Origin: Octopus vulgaris
Taxonomy: Eukaryota
Direction: 5' to 3'
NCBI GenBank assembly: GCA_951406725.2
Contig: OX597840.1
Span: 30,690,001-30,754,000, forward strand
DNA length: 64,000 nt
Shown here piece by piece: positions 1-11,835 of this stretch. The notes below the pieces were generated by a model, which searched no databases, was not told the origin of the DNA, and saw only the letters and a program-made list of their open reading frames with translations. Made by a program: the position numbers and the translations under genes. The number at the start of each line of letters is the position of its first letter. The stretch's first letter is position 1.

Positions 1-17
1 GCAAAAGTCAAACATAG

Positions 18-72
<55 letters not shown>

Positions 73-77
73 GTAAT
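1..77 (+). mobile_element. Extreme 3' end of a putative Dong/R4-like non-LTR element plus (TAA)n run
   Basis: GCAAAAGTCAAACATAG followed by (TAA)n; reverse complement of the end of the longer copy at 28043-28200. Confidence 0.5.
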
Positions 78-393
78 CCTCTGCGATAGGTGAAAATCCA
101 CGATATAGAAACGGTGTACTGTGTTTTTTTCATTATTTTTATAATTTGTATATATTTGTCTTATCATAAATGCAAAACAGTACCATGGGGAAATCGACGT
201 AAGCTTAAATAATAAACCACAATAGGTAAACCATGACAGGTGAACCATGACAGGTGAACCATGACAGGTGAACCATGACAGGTGAACTGCAATATGGTGA
301 GGGATCACTGTTCTGCAATTTTAACCCCAGAAGGAGATCTCCACAAGCTGGGTTTATTCAGTGCACTTTTGCACTTGATATTTATTGCAATAA
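78..393. repeat. Unclassified segment with a 14-bp tandem repeat (AACCATGACAGGTG x4), also present inverted at 27776-27987
   Basis: Tandem at about 228-285; near-identical reverse-complement match at 27.8-28.0 kb, which carries deletions. Confidence 0.8.
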
Positions 394-1578
394 GGTGGCG
401 AGTTGGCATAAACGTTAGCACGTCAGGTGAAATGCGTAGCCATATTTCGTCTGCCGTTACGTTCTGAGTTCAAATTCCACCGAGGTCGACTTTGCCTTTC
501 ATCCTTCCGGGGTTAATAAATTAAGTACTAGTTATGCACTGGGGTCGATGTAATCGACTTAATCCGTTTGTCTGTGCTTGTTTGTCCTCTCTGTGTTTAG
601 CCCCTTGTGGGTAGTAAAGAAATAGGTATTTCGTCTTCTATGTTCTGAGTTCAAATTCCGCCGAGGTCAACTTTGCCTTTCATCCTTTCGGGATCGATAA
701 ATTAAGTACCAGTTGCACACTGGAGTCGATATAATCGACTTAATCCATTTGTCTGTCCTTGTTTGTCCTGTCTGTGTTTAGCCCCTTGTGGGTAGTAAAG
801 AAATAGGTATTTCGTCTGTTTAAGGTGGCAAGCTGGCAGAAACGTTAGCATGCCGAGCGAAATATGTAACCGTATTTTGTCTACCGTTAAGTTCTGAGTT
901 CAAATTCTGCCGAGGTCGACTTTGCCTTTCATCCTATCGGGGTCGATAAATTACGTACCAATTACACAATAGGGTCGATGTAATCGACTTAATCCGTTTG
1001 TCTGTCCTTATTTGTCCCCTCTATGTTTAGCCTCTTATGGGTAGTAAAGAAATAGGTATTTCGTCTGCCGCCACGTTCTGAGTTCAAATTCCGCCGAGGT
1101 CGACTTTGCCTTTCATCCTTTCAGGGTCAATAAATTAAGTACCAGTTATGCACTGGGATCGATGTAATCGACTTAATCCGTTTGTCCCCTTTGTGTTTAG
1201 CCCCTTGTGGGTAGTAAAGAAATAGGTATTTCATCTGCCGTTACGTTCTGAGTTCAAATTCCGCCGAGGTCGACTTTGCCTTTCATCCTTTCAGGGTCAA
1301 TAAATTAAGTACCAGTTATGCACTGGGATCGATGTAATCGACTTAATCCGTTTGTCCCCTTTGTGTTTAGCCCCTTGTGGGTAGTAAAGAAATAGGTATT
1401 TCATCTGCCGTTACGTTCTGAGTTAAAATTCTGCCGAGGTTGACTTAGCCTTTCATCCTTTCGGGATCGATAAATTAAGTACCAGTTACGCACTGGGGTC
1501 GATATAATCGACTTAATCCGTTTGTCTGTACTTGTTTGTCTCCTCTGTGTTTAACCCCTTGTGGTTAGTAAAGAAATA
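394..1578 (+). mobile_element. Head-to-tail array of a tRNA-derived Meta-like SINE (6 body+tail units, full heads at about 394 and 823)
   Basis: Pol III A-box-like head (GAGCTGGCAGAAACGTTAG), B box GAGTTCAAATTCC, Meta-domain-like GCCTTTCATCCTTTCGGGGTCGATAAATTAAGTACC, tail ending GTAGTAAAGAAATA. Confidence 0.9.
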
Positions 1579-1589
1579 GATATTCATTA

Positions 1590-1810
1590 CAAGTGGGAGA
1601 GAACTCCTGCCACCCTAGCTCCGAGACCATCAGACTATATGATTTTGATCTTATTGGATATGTGATAATTCATCTTTGGAAACTGGATCTTAAAGAACAT
1701 ATCAAGCTATAAGAAACAGCATGTGAATATTGGATTGATAAACATTTTTTTTTCTTGTATCTGAAAGGGTTTTTCCAACCCGGTATTTAAATGCTGTTAT
1801 TTATAGAATT
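1590..1810 (+). pseudogene. Possible highly decayed mariner transposase C-terminal fragment
   Basis: Frameshifted pieces WE....LAP.PSDY and WID..FF....FFQPGI resemble the mariner WE.LPHP.YSPDLAPSDY ... W...FF....FY..GI region; weak. Confidence 0.3.
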
Positions 1811-2039
1811 ATATAGAATTAGATATACTTCAGGATCTAGTTCCAAAAAGGAATAATTATGCCACATTCTATTCAAAATTCATAAATTCTTCTGACGCCA
1901 ATAAGACATATGATGTTTTAGGCAAAAAAAAATCCCCAACCAAATTTCGCTTCTTATCACTGCAAAGCATCGTATTCTTTAGGGTTACATTTTCAGAACA
2001 CAAATATTTACATTTCATATCAATAACTGCACAAGGCAC

Positions 2040-2503
<464 letters not shown>

Positions 2504-3754
2504 GGCATCCGAAATTAATCCATGTTAGAAAGTATTTTGTGTGTGAATTGCATAATCTCATAAAAAACATCTTTCTTCAGCTTACAACATTAAAAAAAAC
2601 AAAAACAAAACAAAATGATGATGATGATAATGACAATAATAATGGTAATAATAATGAAAGAAAGCGAGAAAGAGAGAGAGAGAGAGAATGAAAGCTGAAA
2701 AATATCAAAAATAGTAGAAGCAGAGTTTGAAAATAGGTATTCACATAAATCTGCAATTTGGAGGACGGATAACGACTATAAAGATCGGTGGAATGAATTT
2801 TCATAAAGAATCAGAGGATTTGAAAGCATAAACGTTTTTATAGCAGGCTTTGAGAGATGCTTTTGGTGCCACAATGCGAAACTATCCATTCTAAAGTATT
2901 TGTAGTTAAATTAATGCTTTCCATTAGAATTTTTATGGAAGAATTTTTCATTGATTTATGTTTGAAAACATCATTTTAATGATGACAGGTTTGGTTTTGC
3001 TTGTTTGTCTGTTTGTTTGTTTTACATCTGTTTTTTCCATGTCTGCATGGGTTAGACAAATATGTTACAGAGGGATTCTTTTGCAGCTGGGTGCCCTTCT
3101 TGTCACTAACCCTTAATTAATTTTCAAGTAAGGGATATTTTATTCAATATATAGCTTTGGAGGTATGAAGTGGGGACTTCATTTTTGTTGCTGGGGGCAA
3201 CTGATGACAACAACAGTGTTATCGGTTCTTCCAATGCTACAACCCTCATAGAGGACGAGTAAGAGGTAAACACACTCTCATACCCCCCACACACACACTC
3301 ACACACCTACCCCCCCACACACACAACTACCCCCCACACAACACACATATACAGCTCACACCCACATAATTCACATCACCCACACCCCACATACCTACGC
3401 CGCACACACACACACCACTCACACCCACCTACACACACATACCTACACACACCTACACACACACATGCACACATACACATACTTACATGGTATTCAGGCT
3501 AAATTGGACAATTTGCGTAAATGGAAAAGAAAACAATATCCCATCCAAAAACAAGAGTATACAAACAAAGAAAAAAATATTAGGGAAACTAAAGAGAGAA
3601 GGGCTGCATGGAATGAAAGAGTCCCACTGGTTCCTGATTCTATGTTTACATTCCCCCCTTTTCAACAGAGGATCTCATGACAGTATTAGCCTAATATACC
3701 CCACCCCAGGGCCAACAAAAAGTAAACTTGCAAACCCAGTCATCCTCAGAGCCA

Positions 3755-3953
3755 TGAAGAACAAACACCGCACGTGTTGGCGATTTTTTTTCCTCTGTCT
3801 TCCCTTCTCTGGATCTTTCCTTCTCCTGTGTTTCTGACGAAGAGCTCCGCTCGAAACGATAAAACCTTCCTTCTTCCCTTCCTTCCTGAGCATCCAATAA
3901 TACTATATTTGTTCCACATCCTCGCGTTGTTGTGTTTTCATGTTTGGATTAAC
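3755..3953 (+). mobile_element. Hammerhead-bearing short repeat, family A (Penelope-like pseudo-LTR or retrozyme-like)
   Basis: Homologous to inverted copies at 22645-22853 and 31110-31205; ends TGGATTAAC against (TA)n; contains a hammerhead motif. Confidence 0.7.
3830..3865 (+). ncRNA. Minimal type I hammerhead ribozyme motif (variant)
   Basis: GUUU-CUGACGA-A-GAGC(UCC)GCUC-GAAA-CGA-UA-AAAC; core and stems I/II intact, stem III loop CGA (palindrome lost). Confidence 0.6.
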
Positions 3954-3969
3954 TATATATATATATATA

Positions 3970-4330
3970 TCATCATCATCATCATCATCATCGTTTAACG
4001 TCCGTTCTCCATGCTGGCATGGGTTGGACGGTTCGACCGGGGATCTGGGAAGCCAGAAGGCTGCACCAGGCTCCAGTCTCATCTGGCAATGTTTCTACAG
4101 CTAGATGCCCTTCCTAACGCCAACCACTCCGTGAGTGTAGTGGGTGCTTTTTACGTGCCACCTGCACAGGTGCCAGGCGAGGCTGGCAACGGCCACGGTT
4201 GGATTGGTGTATTTTATGTGCCACCGGCACGGAAGCCAGTCGAGGCGGCGCTGGCATCGGCCACGAGTCGGATAGTGCTTTTTACGCCACGAGTCGGATA
4301 GTGCTTTTTACGTACCACCAGACCAGGGAT
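3970..4330 (-). mobile_element. RTE LINE 3' UTR fragment with (GAT)n tail
   Basis: Reverse-complement match to the 3' UTR of the ORF-bearing RTE copy at 37811-38677. Confidence 0.85.
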
Positions 4331-4349
4331 CCTGGCTGGTTCAATTCGA

Positions 4350-4386
<37 letters not shown>

Positions 4387-4421
4387 GTAAATGTAATATG
4401 TGACAATTATTCGGTAACCAT

Positions 4422-4482
4422 GACAAAACTCCGAGTTTCAGATGCTGAGGTGGAAAACCATACCGCCATCTCTTCAGTTATC
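4422..4482 (-). ncRNA. Type I hammerhead-like motif, family B, in a (TA)n-flanked element starting about 4385
   Basis: Minus strand GAUAA-CUGAAGA-GAUG...CAUC-U-GAAA-CUCGGAG-UU-UUGUC; stem I GAUAA/UUGUC, stem II GAUG/CAUC, stem III ACU/AGU, triplet GUU; one extra U before GAAA. Confidence 0.6.
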
Positions 4483-4929
4483 CAGCCATCCTGAGCAAAA
4501 GGGCAAAAGCTCGATCTCGATTTTCAGTACAGATAAATTCCTCTATTTACATAATATCAAGGTCTCTTTCATTTTTTGTTCTCGTCTAAACTAAACTTGC
4601 TGGTTCATGGTACACCCACCCTCTCACCTCCTCCACCTTTACAGGAAGTTCCTATCCTCTTTCTTCCTTGTTTGTCTCCCACGAACACTTCTAAGGGCCT
4701 AATGCCATCCCTATCCCTAAGTAGGGTTTATTGATCATATAGCGCATAAAAATGGTGTAATGTATGTAGGTTGTAGTCTAGTGTTTCTTTATGAATTCTG
4801 CCAAAGGCAAGCTTTCTTTTCAGGAACATGACACTGCTGTCCCTCATCCCAGGGTCTCACAGGCTCACACCTCCCACACCCTCAGATTTGGCACATGTTA
4901 CAGGATTTTAGTCCTTGGGTACAGGGTAA

Positions 4930-5270
4930 ATAGGGTAAAGACCCCCTTCGGCCATGAATAACCATGGGGTTGCCCTTAGAAAGTTCCCCTCTGAGGCGCA
5001 AGTCCGGGAAAGATTGTTTATGCAAGACTGATAGTAACCCACACATACCAGCCTCTCCTCTCCATACCGCTGATGTTATCCAAGGGAAACTGTAAAGGCT
5101 GATGCAGCTTGGCACCAGTGATGGGTTGGAACTCATTTCTACAGCTGAGTGAACTGGAGCAACATGAAATAAAGTGTCTTGCTCAAGAACACAACACGCA
5201 GCCCTGTCTGGGAATTGAGCTCACAACCTCATGATTGTGAGCCAGACACTTTAACCATGCACCTTCACTG
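4930..5270 (-). mobile_element. tRNA-derived SINE (V/CORE-like motif TGTTCTTGAGCAAGACACTT); partial inverted copy at about 5840-6073
   Basis: Degenerate A/B boxes at the minus-strand 5' end, central CTTGAGCAAGACAC motif, 3' end GTCTTTACCCT. Confidence 0.75.
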
Positions 5271-5364
5271 TCCTTGGGTAGCAACACTTATTTCCTATTT
5301 TCTTGCCTCTAGAAAGAATGGAAAATGGTTAATATTACCTTGAGACTTTGCTTTTGTTATGATA

Positions 5365-5615
5365 TTTAGTCAAACCCCAAAGAATCCTTCTTAACTATAA
5401 TGCTCCCCCACTACTTCTGCTCTTGATCAGAGATGCACATATTATCAGCCACTAAGGGACGTGCTCAAGTGATTAAGGTCAAGCAACTGACAAGCAAATC
5501 TATGGTATTGAGCAGAATATTTGCTATAACGTATTGTCAGCCACTAAGGGACATGGTCAACTGGTTAAGGTCAAACAACTGACAAGCAAATCTGTGGTGT
5601 TGAGCAGAATATTGT
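5365..5615 (+). mobile_element. Interspersed repeat with an internal ~90-bp duplication; homolog inverted at 26585-26875
   Basis: CAGCCACTAAGGGAC...CAAGCAAATC..TGG..TTGAGCAGAATATT occurs twice; reverse complement found at 26.6-26.9 kb next to (TAA)n. Confidence 0.75.
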
Positions 5616-6292
5616 TTGGCAATTCAGTGCTGAATCTGTCTGAGATGTAATGAAAGATAGGTGAGTTTCAAAACATTGATGTCCAGGAGACAAAAGCAAA
5701 GTTTGAAGGGAATAGCAGTCACTTCCTTTGATGTCTAGATAGAAACTGATAAGAAATAACAGTTACTGACCAAAGACAACCAAACAAATCTTTCTCGAGG
5801 CAAGCAAATAGGAAATAAGTGTTGCTACCCAAGGACAGTGAAGATACATGTCTGGTTCACAATCATGAGGTAGTGAGCTCATTTCTCAGACAGGGTTGTG
5901 TTCTGTGTTCTTGAGCAAGACACTTTATTTCATATTGCTCCAGTTCACTCAGCTGTAGAAATGAGTTCCAACCCATCACTGGTGCCAAGTTGCATTGGCC
6001 TTTACCGTTTCCCTTGGATAACATCAGAGGTATGGAGAGGAGAGGCTGGCGTGTGTGGGTTACTATCAGTCTTGGTATTGTGCAGAATATTTGTTATAAC
6101 GATATTTCTGCTTCAGCAACTCAGCCCTGAATTTGTATGAAATGTAATGGAAAATAGGTCAGTTTGAAAGCATTGATGTCCAGGTTACAAAAGCAAAGAT
6201 TGAAGGTAACAGTAGTGATTTCCTTTGATTTCCAAATAGAAGCAAATAGGAAATAACATTCATTGATTAAAGACAAGAAAATACAAATTTTG

Positions 6293-7766
6293 TTAACCCT
6301 TTCATGACCAACCCGGCTGAAACCGGCTCTAGCACTGTTGTACAAATGTCTTGTTTTCAAAAGGTTTTAATTAAAATCTTCCTCCAAACCTTAGTCACAA
6401 TTTACGTTCTTAACACTAGCTTAATTATAACTAAGTTATTTTACTAAATTCTTTGTTATATTTAAAGTAATTGAACGAAACACAGAGCATCTCAACAGAA
6501 ATATGGTAACAAAAAGGTTAAAATATATAATAGAGAAACAATTCTTAACCCTTTTGATACCAACTTGGCTGAAACCAGCTCTGGCTCTGTAGTACAAATG
6601 TCTTGTTTTCAAAAGGTTTTAATTAAAATCTTCCTCCAAACCTTAGTCACAATTTATGTTCCTAACACTAGCTTAATGATAACTAAGTTATTTTACTAAA
6701 TTCTTTGTTATATTTAAAGTAATTGAACGAAACACAGAGCATCTCAACAGAAATATGGTTAACAAAAAGGTTAAAATATATATAGAGAAACAATTCTTAG
6801 CCCTTTTGATACCAACCCGGCTGAAACCAGCTCTGGCTCTGTAGTACAAATGTCTTGTTTTCATAAGTTTTGAATTAAAATCTTCCACCAAACCTTAGTC
6901 ACAATTTATGTTCCTAACACTATCTTAATGATAACTAAGTTATTTTACTAAATTCTTTGTTATATTTAAAGTAATTGAACGAAACACAGAGCATCTCAAC
7001 AGAAATATGGTTAAAAAAAAGGATTAAAATATAGAATAGAGAAACAATTCTTAGCCCTTTTGATACCAACCCGGCTGAAACCAGCTCTGGCTCTGTAGTA
7101 CAAATGTCTTGTTTTCATAAGTTTTGAATTAAAATCTTCCACCAAACCTTAGTCACAATTTATGTTCCTAACACTAGCTTAATTATAACTAAGTTATTTT
7201 ACTAAACTCTTTGTTATATTTAACGTAATTGAAAGAAACACAGAGCATCTCAAAATAAATACAGTAACGAAAGGGTGTAAGTTCACCAATATCTTTAACT
7301 TAAATACTTTATGACACCAACCCGGCTGAAACCAGCTCTGGCTCTGTAGTACAAATGTCTTGTTTTCATAAGTTTTGAATTAAAATCTTCCACCAAACCT
7401 TAGTCACAATTTATGTTCCTAACACTAGCTTAATTATAACTAAGTTATTTACTAAATTCTTGTTATATTTAAAGAATTATCAACAGAAATATGGTTAAAA
7501 AAAGGATTAAAATATAGAATAGAAACAATTCTTAGCCCTTTTGATACCAACCGCTGAAACCACAAATGTCTTGTTTTCATAAGTTTTGAATTAAAATCTT
7601 CCACCAAACCTTAGTCACAATTTATGTTCCTAACACTATCTTAATGATAACTAAGTTATTTTACTAAATTCTTTTTATATTTAAAGTAATTGAAGAAACA
7701 CAGAGCATCTCAGAAATATGGTTTAAAAAAAGGATTAAAATATAAATACAGTAATGAAAGGGTTAA
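6293..7766. mobile_element. Tandem array (~6 units, ~250 bp period) of a piggyBac-like MITE
   Basis: Starts TTAA|CCCTTTC (6293) and ends GAAAGGG|TTAA (7766); units match the single copy at 18096-18317. Confidence 0.85.
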
Positions 7767-8170
7767 ACAGTGTAAGTTCACCAATATCTTTACTCAAATA
7801 CTTTATGACATGAAGAGACCGGGCTGAAACCATCTGAAAATCATTAAAATTTCCACCAAGAATTTCCAAACTATTTACTGCTGACCTATTGATAGTTTTT
7901 ACTATATATGTAAGGATAATATCGGTTCCATCTGTGGGTCAAGTTGGAGGTGTGAGGGGAAAGATGTAGGGGTAGAATGCAGCATCTCTGAGAGTTCTCC
8001 ACTGTTTCTCTTTTCTTGTACCCCCCACCCACTTATGGCTAATCACCACCCTCATCAATCATTCGTGCATTTCTACCTTTGTCTTTACTCCTCTCTGTCA
8101 ATCTTTAGTCCCCACACCAACTTTCTATCATTCGTTGTCCTTCCATCATTCGCTCATTCTTTCGCATCTT

Positions 8171-10880
8171 ACTACTACTACTACTACTACTACTATTACT
8201 ACTACTACTGCTGCTTCTACTAACATTACTACTACTACTACTACTACTACTGCTGCTGCAGCTGCTACTACTAATACTACTACTACTGCTGCTGCTGCTG
8301 CTACAACTACTACTGCTACTACCACCACCACCACCGCAGTAGTGATAGCAACACAGCAGCAGCAGCGACAGTGGAAACAATAGGAATAGCAACAAGGGCA
8401 GCGATAGCAACGAAAGCAGTAGTAGCGGTAACAATAGAGATAGCAACGTGAGCGACAATTGCAATAGGAGCAGAAATAGCAACAACCACGGTGGTTGCTT
8501 TAGCAATGGTTAAAGTTATAACGGCAGCAGCAAGGATGAACAAGCAGCAATAGCAACAAAGACCAAGAGCAACACAACAGCAACAACAACGATAGCAACG
8601 ATATATTTAGCAACAGCAGCAACAATGGTCAGGAGCGCAACAGCAATAGCAACGAGAACAGTAGCCATACCAACAGCATCCTAAACAATAGCAACAGCAG
8701 CAGTGCCAACAGCATCCTAAACAATAGCAACAGCAGCAGTACCAACAGCATCCTAAACAATAGCAACAGCAGCAGTGCCAACAGCATCCTAAACAATAGC
8801 AACAGCAGCAGTACCAACAGCATCCTAAACAATAGCAACAGCAGCAGTGCCAACAGCATCCTAAACAATAGCAACAGCAGCAGTGCCAACAGCATCCTAA
8901 ACAATAGCAACAGCAACAAACAGCAGCAGCAGTAGCAACAACAACAACAACAATGACAGTAGCAGCAATAGCAACAACAGTTTCAGCAACAGCAGCAACA
9001 ACGATTCGTTGCAAGAGCTGCAGCAATAGCAACAAAGACCGAGAGTAACACAGCAGCAACAACAATAGCAACGACAAATTTAGCAACAGCAGCAACAACG
9101 ATTCGTTGCAGGAGCATAATAGCAACAGCAACGACAACAGCAGCAGCAGCAACAACGATAGTAGCAGCAATAGCAACAACAGTTTCAGCAACAGCAGCAA
9201 CAACGATTCGTTGCAAAAGCAGCAGCAATAGCAGCAACAACAACAGCAGCAGTACCAACAACATCCTATACAATAGCAACAGCAACGATCAGCAGCAGCA
9301 GTAGGAACGAGCAGCAGCAGCAACAGTCACAGCAACAGCAACATTCGAGGCAACACCGATTCGTTGCACGAGCAGCCGCAATAGCAACAACAACGAACAG
9401 CATTCTAAACAATAGCAACAGCAACGACAACAGTAGCAGCAGCAGTAGGAACGAGCAGCAGGAGCAGCAGCAACATCCTAAACAATAGCAACAGCAGCAA
9501 CAACGATTCATTGCAGGAGCAGCAGCAATAGCAACAACAACGGCAACGACAGCAACATCAGCAGCAGCAGCAGCAATAACGACAGTCGCAGCAATAGCAA
9601 CAACAGTTTCAGCAACAGCAGCAACAACGATTCGTTGCAGGAGCAGCAGCAATAGCAACAACAACAAGAACAACAGCAGCAATAAAAACGATCAGTTGTA
9701 GGAACAACAGCTTCAGCTACAGCAGCAACAACAATTCGGTGCAGGAGCAGCAGCAAGAGCAACAACAGCAACAGCAGCAACGACAACAGCAGCAGTACCG
9801 ACAACATCCTAAACAATAGCAACAGCAACGAACAGCTGCAGCAGCAGCAGTAGGAACGATCAGCAGCAGCAGCAACAACGATTCGTTGCAAGAGCAGCAG
9901 CAATAGCAACAAAGACCAAGAGTAACACAGCAGCAACAACAAATTTAGCAACAACGATTCGTTGCAGGAGCATAATAGCAACAGCAGCAGCAGCAGTAGG
10001 GACGAGCAGCAGCAGCAACAATATCCTAAACAATAGCAACAGCAGCAACAACGACAGTCGCAGCAATAGCTGCAACAACGATTCGTTGCAGGAGCAGCAG
10101 CAATAGCAACAATAGCAACAACAACAGCAGCAGCAGTAGGAACGAGCTGCAGCAGCAGCAGTAGGAACGAGCAGCAGCAGCAGCAGCAACAACGACGGTC
10201 GCAGCAATAGCAACAACAGTTTCAGCAGCAGCAGCAACAACGATTCGTTGCAGCAATAGTAACAACGACAACAACAGCAGCAGTACTGACAACATCCTAA
10301 ACAATAGCAACAGCAACGATCAGCAGCAGCAGCAGCAGTAGGAATGAGCAGCAGCAACAACGACAGCAGCAACACCGATTCGTTGCAGGAGCAGCCGCAA
10401 TAGCAACAACAACGAACAGCATTCTAAACAATAGCAACAGCAACGACAACAGTAGCAGCAGCAGTAGGAACGAACAGCAGCAGCAGCAACATCCTAAACA
10501 ATAGCAACAGCAGCAGCAACGACAGTCGCAGCAATAGCAACAACAGTTTCAGCAACAGCAGCAACAACAATTCGTTGCAGGAACAGCAGCAATAGCAACA
10601 ACAATAGGAACAGCAACGATCAGCAGCGGCAGCAACAACGATTCGTTGCAAGAGCAGCAGCAATAGCAACAACAGCAGCAATAAAAACGATCAGTTGTAG
10701 GAACAACAGCTTCAGCTACAGCAGTAAAAAAAAGAAACGATCAGCAACAACAGCAACAACAGCAGCAGCTAACCTGCTACACATCGTCAATAAACACCAC
10801 AAGTAGCAGCAGCAGGTGCAGCAGCAGCAACATCAACAACAGCAGCAGCAACCGCAGCAGCACTAACAGCAGCAGCAGCG
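8171..10880. repeat. Complex CAG/CAA/TAG trinucleotide-based satellite with higher-order units, including a 39-bp tandem at about 8670-8915
   Basis: Recurring words CATCCTAAACAATAG, ACGATTCGTTGC, GTAGGAACGA and CAGTTTCAG in a CAG/CAA background. Confidence 0.9.
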
Positions 10881-11094
10881 ATATTCCATCAGAGGTCTTT
10901 ACCATTGAACAAAAATACTCCAGTCTATATTATACGCTACAACCACCACCACCACCACCACCACCACCACTACTACTATTACTACTACTACATGCTCTCC
11001 TTCGTTGCCTCTCTCTTTCACTTCTCACTCGCTCTTCCTCTCTCTCACTCTCGCTCTCTCCCTGCAAAGCCGTACTCCACAGAGTTTGGCACAG

Positions 11095-11135
11095 GCCGTG
11101 ATCAGAGTGACACTGGATCCCCTCTATATATACCA
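11095..11135 (-). promoter_or_regulatory. Candidate TATA-box core promoter
   Basis: Isolated TATATATAGAGGGG (11132-11119, minus) in GC-balanced unique sequence, followed by a GA-rich leader; motif only. Confidence 0.25.
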
Positions 11136-11584
11136 GCCTCTTTCTGTTACTAATCAACGTTGATGGTTGTAATTATTGTTTTTGTCCGTGACAGCCACGA
11201 CCACCACCACGAACACCACCACCACAACCACCACCACCACCAATACCACAACCACTACTACAACTACTGCTACCACTACAGTCATTTAAACATTTAAAAC
11301 AACTCAATACTACAACACACGAAAAGGGTTCTGGCTGTATATACACACAATACAGTACACCGTACGCGTGTGTGTATATATATATACATATATACATATA
11401 TATACATATATATATATGTGTGTGTGTGTGTGCACGCACGTTGCAGGCTAATGTAAGTTTCTTCTAATCTTTTTTGTTGTTGTAAGTGATGTTGTTTACC
11501 TGGGTTTTCCTACCGATGTAAATATGTGTGTGTGTGTGTGTGTGTGTGTTTGTGTATGTGTGTGTGTATTTAACGATATATATG

Positions 11585-11589
11585 TCTAC

Positions 11590-11647
<58 letters not shown>

Positions 11648-11664
11648 GTCTGTCTATCTATCTG

Positions 11665-11739
<75 letters not shown>

Positions 11740-11780
11740 GTCTGTCTATCTATTAGTCTGTCTGTCTGTCTATCTATCTG

Positions 11781-11835
<55 letters not shown>

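Noticed and set aside
3195-3240. CTGATGA as a hammerhead core (also about 32215 and 60003)
   Set aside because: No stem II or GAAA follows.
8607-10681. Leu-, Cys- or Ala/Val-rich minus-strand ORFs or a polyQ protein
   Set aside because: Overlapping in all frames, composition switches at repeat words, and the CAG frame has frequent TAG/TAA.
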